64,000 bases of DNA. Origin: Auanema rhodensis (Eukaryota > Animalia > Nematoda). The position numbers and the translations under genes are program-made. The notes beneath the pieces were generated by a model. It worked only from the letters and a program-made list of their open reading frames with translations, was not told where the DNA came from and made no database searches. Below are positions 41,705 to 57,339 of the stretch, piece after piece. The stretch spans positions 8,618,001 to 8,682,000 of the forward strand of contig OZ059899.1 of NCBI GenBank assembly GCA_964057225.1, given 5' to 3'. How positions within the stretch are numbered: the first letter of the stretch is position 1; each line of letters opens with the position of its first letter.

Positions 41705-43633
41705 GATGATGTAAAGAAGGAAATTATGGTAGGATCAGAAGTTTTATAAGATTTTCATTGTTTGTAAATAATGTATTATGAACGAAATATTGTTTATTAA
41801 ATTTTTTCAACAATTAAATTTCATCTGATTTTTTGGCAACTAAACTACTTTATTACATTATCATATTTTCTTATATCCAATAAAAAAATTTCATACAAAA
41901 TTTAAAATCTTGCAAAACATATCTAATTTAATCTTTGCTTTTTCTTTCTCGAACCATTTGAATTTCTTAATTTTGATTTTACTCGTTTTTGACTGATAAA
42001 TAATCATGAAAAATACCATAAATGAAGTGATACTAATAAGAAGATGTTTTCTTTTCTTATCTCATACGTTTTGTCTTAACTTTTCTTTTAAAATCCTATG
42101 ATCTTTTCCTCTTTTCTCCTTCTCTTCACAACTGTTATTGATCAATTCAGCTCTGGTTTTCTTACACAAATGAAGATTGGCTGTGTGTGTGTCCTTTGTA
42201 CCTCGTCTTAGTACGTATGAACGTTTATTTTACCTAAAAAATTATGATATTCAATCAACAGCTTTTATCATCATGTTAAACTATATGAGGAACTTGAGAG
42301 ACAATAATAAATCCTTAATTTTTATAATTTCCGGTTCTTGCCGCAAGCGGTGATTACTACTCTCCGAGACATTATTGAGCAGATATGTATACGTATTGTT
42401 TCCAAGCAATTATTACATTATCGTTGAAAAAAGTTTCTCTCTCTCTCTCGCTCTTTTGTATCCACTCTGTAACTTTCTTATCTGTTTATTTATTTTTAGG
42501 CGTTTTTCTTTGAATTCATATCTAAGAAATCATTTCAGAGTACTTTCATTAAGATAATAATCCCTTTTCCGATGTTTATATTAATATAAAAAAATATTTA
42601 TTGAATCCAATTTAGGATACTAATCTTAAAAAGTTGCATACGGTATCCTTATCCTTACCGTTCATCAACAAATTTTGTTTTTTTTTCAGGAAACTGAAGC
42701 GTTCCAATCCTATTGTATATGAGATTATCTAAATAAAGATTTAGTTGTCCTTCAATTTTCTTAAAAAGTGTGAAGAAAATCGCTACATGTTTTTTTCTAA
42801 ATTAATTTCTTTTTTTTCTTATTCGGAACACTGAAATATGCATTCAATCTCAATAGATCGTTTCTTACTTACCTATTCCTCCTCTTTCATGATTATGTAT
42901 CCTTGCTTTTCTTGCCCTCTTTAGTGAAAGAGGTGACAGTATGCCGTAGAGATTATTATCTTTCAAATTGTTTTCTGACGAGAAGAATAAAAACGTTCTC
43001 TCTTTCCCTGCTTCTTCTTCGTTAGTGGCAAAACTGTCGCTCTCGTTCTCGATCTTCTATCGCTGTTATTCGATCATTATGCTCTTTTCTCATATTTGGT
43101 CGTCACTTTCTATTGTATTTTCGAGGAAATGTTAAGAAATGCTCAAACATATCATTATATTTTCAGATACAATAAACAGTTTTGTAGGATTTGAGATTCA
43201 ACTCCTTAGTGGTCGGCGTAGCTCTCCATTTAGGAAGAGTGTAAATTAGAGATAAAAAACAAAGTTGAAGAATTTGTAAATTCGGGTATGATATTGTTGT
43301 ATGAAAATGTCTCATTTATCTCGAGAAGAAAAGTTCACTAGAATTAATCAAGAAAACATTAAACTATTTTATTTTTGATATCACATTTAATCTGAAATAG
43401 CAAAAATTAAGAAAAGCTTACTTTATTTATTTTATATTTTTATTAAACAATGCTTCGATTTTCACATGACTCACAACTTGTCGTCCACCTGACAGTCGCA
43501 TTTTTTATTATCTGATCAAACGAAGTAACACACAAAATTATTGTTCATCTCTCATTATACATTCATTATAAAATTAAATTAAAAAAATAAATATTTATTT
43601 TAACTTAATGATTAATTCAAATTTAGTTTGATT

Positions 43634-46600
43634 ATGGATCGGATGCCTACTACTTCACAACATTCTCTTGAAACATCGCCTGTTCTTTACAATGAAATGC
43701 CAAACCATTATTCGGATCGTGTACCGTATATGCAGCCTCAGCAACCTATGTAAAATTCTATTTTAAATAACAAATAGTAAAACTTAACTTTAGGAGTCAT
43801 TCTCAATCACCACTATCAATTCATACTAATTATGCTCCACAAAATTCTCATTTTAAAGTTCACATGTGGCAAAATCGAGTATTCGATAGTGGGGTTCAAA
43901 CGATGCAGAATAGTCAAGTTAGTAAATATTATAATTTTCCTTAACATGTGTAATCCAAACATATCTTGATTAATTTTTGCAACTTGATAGTTGCTCTGAA
44001 TTTTAAAAATTGATCAGATCTTTTTTGTCGTTTTTTTCTAAATGTTTTCATTCTACAATTACAGTCTGCTTCTGTGATGTCCTATCCAGCGGGGTCAGAA
44101 ATGTCAGCTATGTCAATGATGGAACCAACAGAACTTACGAATATTGTAAGATCACATGCTTTCTTCCTCATTAAAAAATAATATTCTCTTTAAGCAACAA
44201 CAAAAGTTTGACAATATAACAACAGAATATTCTGTTGCTGCTGTAGCTGAGTTATTGAATTTGATGCGAGATGAAGATGAGGTTAGATAGTTTATTTAAG
44301 CTACAAGACTTAATATAATATATATGTATATACTGTATTATAGTTTTATAGTTTTATATACTATATTCTTTATTAATTTATTATTTTTTTTTATTTGTTT
44401 ATTACTAGGCTGTTGTGACAAAAGCTATGAGTATTATGACAAAAATTGCAAAGCGGGATGTTGAGCTACAAGATCAAGAAGCTAGGATAAAGAGTTCAGA
44501 TGTAATTAACACAATCACAATGGTTGGGTTGGATCAATCACGATCAAATGTATTTTTATTTTAATTAATTAATTTTCTCATAAAATATATTTAGGAAACT
44601 ATTCGGGCAGCACTATGCACTATGTTTCATATATGTAGTCGTCCAAGTGGTCTTGCATTAGTTATTGCTTCTGTTGATCAGACAAGAGGAGATTTAGTTC
44701 GGTTTATAACAGACAACATAGAGTAAATAAATATTTTATATTACTCTCAAATTATTTTTTTTTCAGAAAATATTGCGATGGAATCAATAAATATGCTATT
44801 TTGACATTACATTCTATTCTAACGGACAGTAGCAGACGATATAAATGCATTGCATATGCCAAACCATGTGAAGCTTTGAAGGTATACTTTAATTTTTTAT
44901 TTAAATAAATTATAAATTATTTTTATAAAAAAATTTTTAAAAGTTATTTCCAAATTCATTTCATTCATTTTCAGAAAATAACCAATGCATTGCAAAGAGA
45001 AAAAAGTGAAAAATTATTGTCAGTAGCTGTTGATATGCTTAGGATATTATGTGATAAAAAAGACGAAGAACAAGTAAAACAAATTTTAATTTTTTTTAAG
45101 TTTTAATAACATATTTTATATTTTTAGGTTAAATTCATAAATTTAAAAGGAATACCTATCTTGTTGAATATTTTGAGATCATTTTCCTATGATAATCTCT
45201 TAAGAGGAGCTATACATTTACTCAAAATGTTATCTAATAATGTAAGTATTTATAATCTTTTGTATAATAAAATATTTAAAATTTAAGCATCCTGCAATGT
45301 TAGTTGCTGAAGATGTTCCGTTGGTATTATCGGAACAGTTGAAACATCCATCTGAACGTTTGATCTTAAGTTCATTGGAGTGTCTAAGAAATTTATCCCA
45401 TGTATGCTCGCAAGCTAGCAATCAAGAAGAAATTTTGACCAATTTGTTACGTCTTCTTGGCTGTTCCAACAGTAAAATGATGTTATATACAGTACAAACT
45501 ATATATAACATGTCAGCAAATAATCGTGAAAATAAGGTATTATAAAGCTTATAAAACAAAATAAAAGAATTATAATGTTCTTAGGCTCTATTAGAAAAAA
45601 AAAATATTGTTGATCATCTGTTATTCATTATGGAAAATACATTAGCTAGTTCATACGATGCTCGTGATAATATGATTATCGAAGAATTAAATGTAAGTTA
45701 TATTTAAAAACTCCTATAAAAATTTCTACAATTTGATTACAGGAGGCTATATTAAGTACATTACGTCATTTATGTTGTGGACATCCAGCATCAGAAAAAG
45801 TTCGAATAAATATCTTTCAAAAACCTCAAATATTCCTCGATCAATTACGAACCATGAGGCCGGTACTTCTCAAGCAAACTTTACAAGTACATACTAACAA
45901 CACCATCATTTGCATTTTTTTAATTTTTTTCTAGTTGCTAGTTCGATTAGCTGGACAAGATAAAAACCTCAATGCTTTCAATTTATGCCGAACGATGAAT
46001 GCCAATGATTCTGGTGGATTTATTGAACAGATAGTTTATATTCTTCATGTATCTATCAATCAAATTAGTAAACAAGTTTAGAAACTTTCATAATTAAGTC
46101 ATAAACTTCATATTCTTTCAGAATAGTGAGATAGAAGGCGTACAAATTTCAGAACTTGTTGTGTCTTGCTTAACAATTCTTGAATCACTTTGTCGTGATC
46201 GAGATATCTTGAACAAAACGGTTCATTTCCTATTAAGTTGTGGAGGCCTCGAGCTTCCGGAACCCGTATTCTCCCCCGTATTTTTGATTCGCCAAGATAT
46301 TCGAGATGATTGTTCTATGAAAAAATCATCTCTTCGGCTAATTTCAACATTAGTTGGTCATCCTACGGTGAGTTACTCATTGATAAGTGTAATCATGGAA
46401 ATTGTGATTTTAGATTATTTCTCTTTTTCATGAGAAGAGAGAACTAAAGGCAAGCATCAATGATTGTTTAAATGAAAATAATAGAGAAATAAGTAAGAAT
46501 AATTAATATTAATAACCATGATGTTTTCTTTTCTTTAGCTACCTTAGCTCAACAGATCTCTAGAACTCTGTTGCTGGGTGCGCCTATTCCATCGCCGCAC

Positions 46601-47321
46601 CCTGACTGCCCATACGCATCTCACGACAATCATTACTCTGGAAGCATGTACCCATCCACAAGATCAATTCACCACGACACTCATGATCATCATTCCACCG
46701 TTATGGATCACATGGATAGTCGGATGGCTCCTCCTGCTTCCCCAGTTGTTGAACAAATGAATGGAGCTGGTGAACAATTTCCTGAAGTAATATATCTGAG
46801 TTTTGCGTAGAGTACTAAACTTTTATTTTCAGATTTCTGCAATAGAAGATCCACTTATGGACGACCAGACTATAGACGATCCATTTGTGAATGTTTTCTG
46901 TAATCAATCTCATACAAGTTCATCATATTCATGTAAGTATCGTTTCAAACGGGGTACTTGTTCATATAGCTTTTCAGCTCCAAACGTTCAAAACGGTGGT
47001 GTTATAACTAATAGTCCAAATCAAAATCATTGGAATAATATCAATCAACCAAACTTTTCTAATAACCATCATTTACCTCCATATCAAAGATCTGATCCAT
47101 ACACACATGGTCAGGCGAATACGGATCCGTTTTGGCATGGCTATCACTCTACACCATATGTAAGCCAACATCATCCGACACCTTATAATCAGCATGACTA
47201 TGAGCAGCATAGGCGAGTTGGTCCGCCTATAGGGCATTCAATGAATGCATACCATTCTTCATCGCAGCCTCCTAATTATTATCAAAATCATGCACATTCG
47301 TTTTATAAAAGGCATGATTAA
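43634..47321 (+). CDS. bar-1: Armadillo-repeat beta-catenin, BAR-1 orthologue (Wnt signalling)
   Basis: Spliced protein has KVHMWQNRVFDSGVQTMQNS (DSGxxT phosphodegron, 43885-43902), QQQKFDNIT, KYAILTLHSILTD, EKSEKLLSVAVDMLRILCDK, ANNRENK, TLRHLCCGHPASEKV, MRPVLLKQTL, GFIEQIVYILHV, NGAGEQF and a P/H/Y-rich tail. These match motifs I recall as BAR-1-specific. A likely 5' UTR exon lies at ~43168-43285. Confidence 0.9.
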
Positions 47322-48081
47322 CTTTAAATACAATTTTAACAACAAGTTTTACCAAAGTTCTCGATATTTTGTTTTTTTTTCTCAGAGAAATTTTGTTCAT
47401 ATTCTTATATTGTTTACGTTCATGATAACTACTTCTCCGATGGTTTTAGTTTCTTCTTTCAGCAATTATTTTAAAATAAGCTTTCAACCACAAAAACTCT
47501 TATTTGAATTCACTTCTAGTTATTTTAGGTAATTACTGTAAAAGTACTATTTGTAATTTTAAGTTTAGCTTATTTTCCATATTTCTGTTATTTCTAAGTC
47601 AAATCAATCTAGTTTCCAAATCATGGGTAGCATGTTATAGTGGTAATTCAGTCCAATATTCAGTTCTCAAAAATGTTAAAATTCAACACGATATTCACTC
47701 CATTAATTCATGTGCCATTATTGTTTCTGAAATTGTTTCAAATACTCTTCATATTTTCAGAATTTTTAAATAAATAAATTCATTTTCAAAATCAATTTCA
47801 TTAAAGTTTGACATGTGGAGAAACAGTTGTATTCGAAACATAACATATATTTGCAAGCCTTTATTGTAGATCAAAACAAGAGTTTCAAAACGTGGGAGTA
47901 AATACAGTTTATTAATTTTCGGACTGAATATCAATGATGTAGGCTACGTATTACACTGGAAATGGAGAGCATGTACAATTATGGGATAACATATAAACTA
48001 ATACGAACGAGACAATTTCATACAAGAGATGAGAATAAATAAATAAAATGCCGAGGTCAATAAGGAACGGGAAAACAAGAT

Positions 48082-49609
<1,528 letters not shown>

Positions 49610-49792
49610 CCTATGGTTTCCACTACTGGTTTTGAACTATACAGTAATATCAGTTAACTAAACATATGTTTGTACGAATTATTGATTAACATAAAAATAA
49701 ATAGAATAGGGACGAAAACCCCGTTTCAAATTTTCAATTCTCGAATAAATAAAATTTATAAATATACATATGTTCATCTTATGAAAACTATA

Positions 49793-50664
49793 TCAACGAA
49801 GTATTTTCCGAAGAAAAACATTGGCACTTGGAGGCAATAAACAGGAAAATTTTCCAAAGATATAACCTAACAGAATACCTAAAGAAATCAATTTGAAAAA
49901 AAAACCTGAACAGAATCAAGACTATAACTTACCACCTAAAGCATCAGCTATGTAATGTCTACCTAGTGCTACTCTAGAATAACCAACGGTAAACGGTATG
50001 ATCCAAGATAATCTCGTAGTATCGGGATATAAAGTTGTCCTAAGAATATAGGATTAAAAGCTAACAAACGAAATAATATAAACTTACAAAATTGAAATAA
50101 TTAAAGCTGCGCGTGTTGTATGACCAGAAGGAAACGAAAAGGCATCAACAACAGGAGCAGCCATAAACTGAAACAAAAAACTCAAGAAAAACACGCAAGA
50201 AAAAATAAAGCAAGCAAAAAAGCAAAAATAAAGACTGTATTAAAAATTAAGATGGCCTACCATCTCAGCATTTTTTGTATTTTCCTTAGGCCTATCTCTA
50301 TGAATAGACAATTTTATTAATCCTGTTAATATTAGGTCTACTATAAGACCACAAAGAAGAACAACAAGGTGGTATTGAACATCCTCATCAAAGTGTCTTC
50401 CATAAGCTGTAAGCAGAAATAAAGATGTTCCTCCAATCCACACAGCTCCGTGAAACTGAAAAACACACCAGTTAATAAAGGAAAAAACCTTTCCCTATAC
50501 AATAAATTCGACAACTTTCATAATTTCCTTGTACTCCTGTGCTACTACTAGATAGCTCGACAAGTATTCATCATAATCCGATAAGGCATTCACGAAGTTT
50601 TCTACTAAAAAAAAGCATCTTCTTGTAATTGAACATTACTCGACAAAAACTCGATACCAGACAT
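49793..50664 (-). CDS. PAP2-superfamily lipid phosphatase (PLPP6/PLPP7-like, polyisoprenoid diphosphate phosphatase)
   Basis: Intact C1 KLSIHRDRP, C2 FSFPSGH and C3 SRVALGRHYIAD motifs, multiple TM segments, ~6 exons. Confidence 0.85.
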
Positions 50665-50814
50665 CCTGAGAAAGACTCCTAAAAAATTAATTAATCAGGG
50701 TATATAGTTCGGGCTAAGAAAATACCAAGATATATACATGAAAAACATGTAATAAATGAAATTTCCGAAAATAAAATGACATATTTAATATTGACAATAT
50801 ATAACAACATATAA

Positions 50815-53325
50815 TTACTTATATTTCTTGGATTTTTTCTCCAATTTCTCTTGCATATAAGCTGCCATTGGATCAGACGAATGAATAGTTGTTAGCTTAT
50901 AAGCTTCCACTTCAGCTTCCGTTGGAGCAACAACTATATCTGTTTCGTCATTATATTTTCGTTTACGATCACCCTGAATTTAAGCATTTCTCAAGCTTAC
51001 ATGATACACTAGAACTCACCTCTTTGAAACGAGTGAAACCTTTGAGCTTCTCTTTTTCTGCTTTCTTAATTGCCTTCTTCAACTTACGTTTTTCGTCTTC
51101 CTCAGAATCAGAACCGGAGTCAGAATCAGAGTCTGAACTTGACGATGTCGCATCCTTAAAAATATTAATTGAACTGATAGGAATAATATAAGCATTACTT
51201 GTTTTCGTTTTGCTCTCTTTTCTTTCTGTCGTCGCCTTTTTTCACGTTTTTTGGATCTCTTCTTTTCTTCTCTTTCTCCTAAAGCATAACATATAACATA
51301 AGTACACGAATTCTGGTATCTTGTGTTCTAACTTCGTTCTTTCTCCCGTTGTCTCTCCAAATCTTTAATACGCTCTGTTTCCTCATCAGCTTCTTCTTCT
51401 TCCGACGATGACGACGACGACGACGACTCAGAGTCTTCATCCTCGACTTCTTCTTTTACCTCCATTTGTGGTTCTTTCTCTGGTTCAACCTCAGAAGAAG
51501 ACGGCTCACCTAAGCAGGGGTAATAAAATTTTGAAAAACGAAAAATAATACTTTTTCTTGCGAAAACCTCTTGTTTTCCTGAAGGAATAAGAGAATTTGC
51601 TTCTGCTTTAATTCCAGCTTCCCCAACACAATAGGAATTTTTTTCGTACTGGTGGCAACATTTATAGCCCCATTTACCAGCTTTCCAAAATGATCCAAAT
51701 ACAGTAGTGTGATTAGAGGGATATCTAAATTGAAACTTTTTGTCATGGATACTTATAACATGTTAAACATACACATCTTCTTCGTATCTACTCTTGATCT
51801 TAGGTCTTTCCTCTCCTTTAATAATCTGACCCTTTCTACTATATTCAACGTATCTTTCACTTTGAGCAAGTAAAAGTTCCTTAGGAGGAGCTTGTAGATA
51901 TTCTTCACCTCCGTATTTAGAAAGCAACTCCTGAATACAACATAAATATATGAAATTGATCTTACACAAACCTTCTTGCTAGTATCTTCTGTGTTATTTT
52001 TCTCCTTATTATACTCCTTTTTAAGTGCTTCCAATTTGGTTGGTTCAGCAAGGGCATGAACATCTATACCTTGACATCTTGCTTGCCAAGCAAATACTTG
52101 AGCTTCATTAGCGTCAACTACTTCACCAGTGTATCTAAAACAAAATCGGGAGAATTGTTAGTGACAAAATATAAAATATTACCTGATAAAGTTTTCTCCA
52201 GAAAACTTAGCAGACTCTTTCTCTTTCCCTGGCATATTGGCAAAAGGATTCTCTCTCATAGAACGAGACTTGGGGTCATAATATGGAGAATTTTCATTCA
52301 GATTGTACAGATATTTAGCAGTATCTTCACGAATTCTCAAATTACGAACCTGAACAAAATGATGATCAACTATAATTTATTTTTTAACTTACAGTTATTC
52401 TAGTTCTGGAATCCATATCAACAGAGACACCAGCCATATCAGCATCTTCCGCATATTTGTCTTCATCTTCCCCTTCTTCTCGAGGCTCTTGCAGTCCCTC
52501 TTTTATTTTGTCAGATTTAATAAGTTTTCGAGCTTCTTCTAAACGTTCATGCTCTTTCATGACCTAGAATATGTTCAAATTAGAAAAAACTAAATGTAGA
52601 AGAAACTATACTTGTTGATGATGAAGTTCCGGATCGTAACCATTCCATCTATCTCTTTTAGCTTCGAATCCAAGAGATAAAGTCGGCTGAGCAAAGTCGT
52701 CCTCTTGAATATCTGATTCATTGAACCTATAAACAAAAAATATTAATAGAGCAATAAAACTGAAAATACTTTGCTCCAATTTTTCTTGGTCGCTCAAAGC
52801 AATCCTTTTTCTTATGACCCATAGCACCACAATTTTCGCAAGCTCCTATGCAAATAAATTATTGATCTTACTCATTTTGTCTAATCTACCTTTACGGAAC
52901 TTCGTTGCCGTATTTCCAGTGGTTCCTTTTTTATACCATTCTTCCATAGTATTATCAGATTTTTGTCGTTCGGCATGAGGACGTTGATGCTACAATACAT
53001 ATTTTATAATAAAACACGTTACCAACAAAGAAAAATACCTTCAAAGTAGGACCTTCACTAGGTACATACCATGGATTTTGAGCGATAAAGTGAGGAATGT
53101 GTGGATTTATGTCTCTACCAGTTTCAATATCAACCATGGCAGGAGCAGTACCAGCTTTACGTTCTTCCTATAAAAAAGAAGTTAAAACATTTTAACTGTC
53201 CAACATACTTCAAGATCCTTTTCTCTTCTATAATCGCCCTTAGATCTTCTTTCTTCTATACTTCCTGAAACTCCTCCCTGCCGAAGCAAGGTGGATGCAG
53301 TTACATGATGCTTGAAAGAGGCCAT
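50815..53325 (-). CDS. SLU7: Pre-mRNA splicing factor SLU7
   Basis: [39 protein letters not shown], zinc knuckle [78 protein letters not shown]. Confidence 0.95.
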
Positions 53326-53585
53326 TACTAAAATAAAAAATAAAAAATAACAGTGGTGAGGAATAATAATAGTATATAACAAGATTAAAGAAGATATTAC
53401 TGCTTAGCATACTAAAGAATCAATAACTATTTTGCAAAAATATTAAGAAAAAAGATATATGATGTTATGAAAAAAATACACAAACACTTTTCAACAATTT
53501 ACATATAACTTCAATGCTTTTATTTATTATAAAACATACTACCATACTTTCAAATAAATGTAAAAATTCTTCGAATATAGGAAAG

Positions 53586-53630
53586 CGTTGGCCACGCCCC
53601 GCCATTTTGAAAACCGTGCACCAATTGCGT
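53586..53630. promoter_or_regulatory. Bidirectional promoter core between SLU7 and DDX47 (KLF/Sp GC box overlapping a YY1-type CCGCCATTTT, plus CCAAT)
   Basis: TGGCCACGCCCCGCCATTTT at 53589-53608 and CCAAT at 53621-53625 form the only GC-rich patch in the 700-nt divergent spacer. Confidence 0.55.
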
Positions 53631-54024
53631 ATTATTTATACAATTTAATATTTCTTTTTTAATTATTTTTTTGTTCTAAATTATAATATTTTTATATCAA
53701 TATGTTAAAATTTGTGCTTATAGTACTACCTTTTAATTATATTTATTTATTTTTTTCAAATTTAAAATTTTGATTAGGATTGAACACATTTACTTTGTAA
53801 ACAACGTACGTACAATTTCGTAAATTTTTTTCTCGGAAAAAAAATTAAAATTTGGAAATCAAACTTGTTCCCATTTTTTGTTTTTTAATTAATTAATTAA
53901 TATATGTATAACTTTCCTCAAACTCTCAGCTCATCCAGTTAATCGTTTTATTTTCACTCATTATATACGTATTTGAACAGAAAAAAATTCTCTGGTGGTT
54001 TATTTATGTATATTGAGTTTAGTA

Positions 54025-56002
54025 ATGTCCGACTCGTCTTCTTCTGAGGGGGAGGATGTCCATGAAGTGATTCGAACAAAGAAATTGATAAAAAAACTAG
54101 CTAATAAAAGTTCAGGTTAGTTATATATTATAAGTATTTTTAATTCTAAATTTTTCAGCAAATGATGATCCTATTCAAGAAGAAGAAGATGAAGAAATAA
54201 TAACAAAAACATTTGCCGAATTAGTGAGGTTAAAGTTCCTATACTGATTTAGCAACTACTTTTAGGGTGTAAATGAGGCATTATGTGAGTCTTGTGCTCG
54301 TTTGGGATGGACTACACCTTCAAAAATTCAAATGAAAGCTTTGCCACCAGCACTGGAAGGTCGAGATGTTATTGGTTTAGCAGAGACAGGGTGACTTTAT
54401 CATTTTTTACTAGTTTGTATATGTTATTATTTCAGTTCTGGTAAAACGGGTGCATTTGCTCTTCCGGTTTTACAATCATTGCTTGATAACCCTCAAAAAC
54501 TTTATGCCCTAGTTTTAACTCCAACAAGAGAATTAGCATTCCAAATAGCTCAACAATTTGAAGCTCTAGGATCTGGAATAGGTCTCTTAGTTGGTAAGTG
54601 CCAGAAAATATGTTAATATCATTAAAAAAAAATTTTAGCCGTTATTGTTGGAGGAGTCGATATGGTTACACAAGCTATTGCTCTTGCTAAGCGTCCTCAT
54701 ATTATTGTTGGTATGACATAATATCATATTAATAGATCAAGAATTTATCATTTAGCTACTCCTGGTAGATTAGTTGATCACCTGGAAAATACAAAAGGAT
54801 TCAACTTACGAGCATTGAAATATCTGATTATGGACGAAGCTGATCGTATTTTGAATATGGATTTCGAAGTTGAATTAGATAAAATTTTGAAAGTTATTCC
54901 TAGAGAGCGCCGAACTTATCTATTTTCTGCTACTATGACGAAAAAGGTTATTTTTTCTTGTTAACTTTCTTAATTTTTATACTTGTAAAGGTAGCTAAAT
55001 TGGAAAGAGCTTCTTTGAAAGATCCTGTGAGAGTTGAAGTATCAACTCGATATAAGACTGTAGATAAGTTAAAGCAATATTATCTGTTCATTCCTCAAAA
55101 ATGGAAGGAGGCATATCTTGTATATATCCTTAATGAATTATCTGGAAATACTTCCATTATATTTTGTGCTACTTGTTCGAGCACAACGCAGGTATGTGCT
55201 TACATAGATGAATTTTACTCATCATTCTCATAGATTGCTGTTATGCTACGCCAATTAGGAATGCAGGCTGTTCCCCTTCATGGTCAAATGGGACAGGTTT
55301 ATACATAAATTTTATAAACTATGTGGAAACATTATTTTTTCTAGGAAAAAAGATTGGGTTCCCTTAATAAATTTAAGAGCAAATCCAGGAACATTCTTGT
55401 TTGCACTGATGTTGCTTCTAGAGGTTGTTTTTTTTTATCTTCTCTTATATTTTTTTTCTACAGGTTTGGATATTCCTCATGTTGATGTTGTTATTAATTT
55501 TGATGTACCTGTACAATCCAAAGATTATATTCACAGGGTATTGTTTCATTATATATTCTTTTAACATAATTTCTCTATTTCTCATTAAGGTTGGACGTAC
55601 TGCTCGTGCTGGTAGAGCCGGTTTAGCTATTACAATGGTTACCCAATACGATGTAGAAGTTTATCAAAAAATTGAAGCTAATCTCGGTTTGAAAAATCTT
55701 AATATCTTTTAATTTATTTTTGTTTGAGGTAAAAAATTGGAAGAGTACAAAACTGTAGAAAATGATGTTATGATGCTTGTTGAAAGAACACAGGAGGCTT
55801 GTGAAGCCGCTAAAAATGAAGTTAAAGATATGAGTGACAAGAAAAAGAAGGGAAAGAAGAGGTTAGCTATCATGATATTTCTTGCTAAATTGTTTTTTGC
55901 AGAGGTGGTGATGATGATGATGATACGGAAGAAGGTAGAGCCAAGTTTAACAAAAGAATAAAACCAGGAGCCAAAAAAATGGAAATAAGAAAGGGAAAAT
56001 AG
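54025..56002 (+). CDS. DDX47: DEAD-box RNA helicase DDX47/Rrp3 (18S rRNA processing)
   Basis: Q motif [113 protein letters not shown]. Confidence 0.95.
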
Positions 56003-56174
56003 ATCATATGTTGTCATCAAATTGTTATTTGTCTTTGTTATGGATTGTTATGCTGTTTTGTTGGAATTAAAGTTTTGTTTCACATAATTCATACTGTCTA
56101 GCCAAGGATAACTAACGTCATTCACAAAATATTTGAAGAAATTAACTCTATGTGAAAATAAAGTTGTTTTCAGC

Positions 56175-57339
56175 ATGGAGCGAAAAGCTAAATTGGGTAT
56201 AAATGAATACTTCCGTATAATTACTGGTAAAATGATGTTTGTACAAGGTGACGCTGAAGTAAGACGGGTGGATAATAAATTTAATAACTTTCATTCTTTA
56301 TTATAGGAACCTTTAGAATCTTGTGTAGATTTAGTATTTGATCTTGTAAAATATGAGTTAGTTCATGTTTTAGAAGAGACTCGATTTTACGAAAGCCTGA
56401 AAAATGAGTTTGGCCTCACCTATTTATACCTCATTATTTTAATATTTTCAGAAAAAAGGGAAAAATAACCTTGAAGTCAATAATGTACATTTTTCGGAAG
56501 AATCACATGTTGCTTCGACGTTTAGTTAAACTAGCCGAAGTTTAACCTGCTGAATTGTTGAATCACCAAAGTTTTTTGCAGACTGCTTCATCCATTCATT
56601 CATTGTCCAAAGATGGTGGTAACACTCCAGGCTCTTCCTCAGGAAGCGAATTTTCTGAAGACGATCCGGAAGCCCAACAAACGAAAAAGTAACAATCATT
56701 CCTAGTCTAATACTAATTATACTTTCCAGAGTCACTGGTAAATTACACAAAGACATACTAGAGGCTATTGATTACATGCATTGTTTCGAATTCGAGGTTT
56801 CATTTTCTATTTAAGCGCAGGTAAAAATTTTTTTGGAATCTAGAACGATGATGATCTGGTTCTGGGAATGCGTCAGAAACGGTTGGCTGCACGCGTATCA
56901 AGTTTAAATATGGACCAATATGAACGATTTACCTCTGCTCGTTTCGCAACTTTCTCAACTATCAATAACAAAGGAGGAAAAACTTCAAAAAAGTTTTAAA
57001 GCCAAAATTTGATTGTATTTTGTCGTATTATTAAGAGATTTAAAAACATGGTTGGAGTGCCCTCCTATTTGCAATAGTACAGAGTTTGTTCTCGGTTTCT
57101 TAGCGAGGGAAACCGTTGCTTTACTTGTTGAGGATGCTTTAACTGTTCGTGAACAGGTTTGATGTAGTAGATATATGAAAGCAAATATTCTCGCATAGGA
57201 AAAAAGTAATTGGTTTAAGAATGAAGGTGAACCCGATAACATACAACTTCGTCATTATGAAGAAGCATTACGAAGAAACCTAGGATATAGATATCGTCAA
57301 GATCTTTTATTTGGATATCCAACTTTGTCATCTCCATGA
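56175..57339 (+). CDS. SUPT3H: SAGA subunit Spt3/SUPT3H (double histone fold)
   Basis: KMMFVQGDAEEPLESCVDLVFDLV, ITLKSIMYIFRKNHMLLRRL, MDQYERFTSARFATF, FKTWL, LGFLARETVALLVEDALTVR, IQLRHYEEALRR match the SPT3-family motif series. ATG follows a TTTTCAG acceptor. Some internal exon borders are uncertain. Confidence 0.8.
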
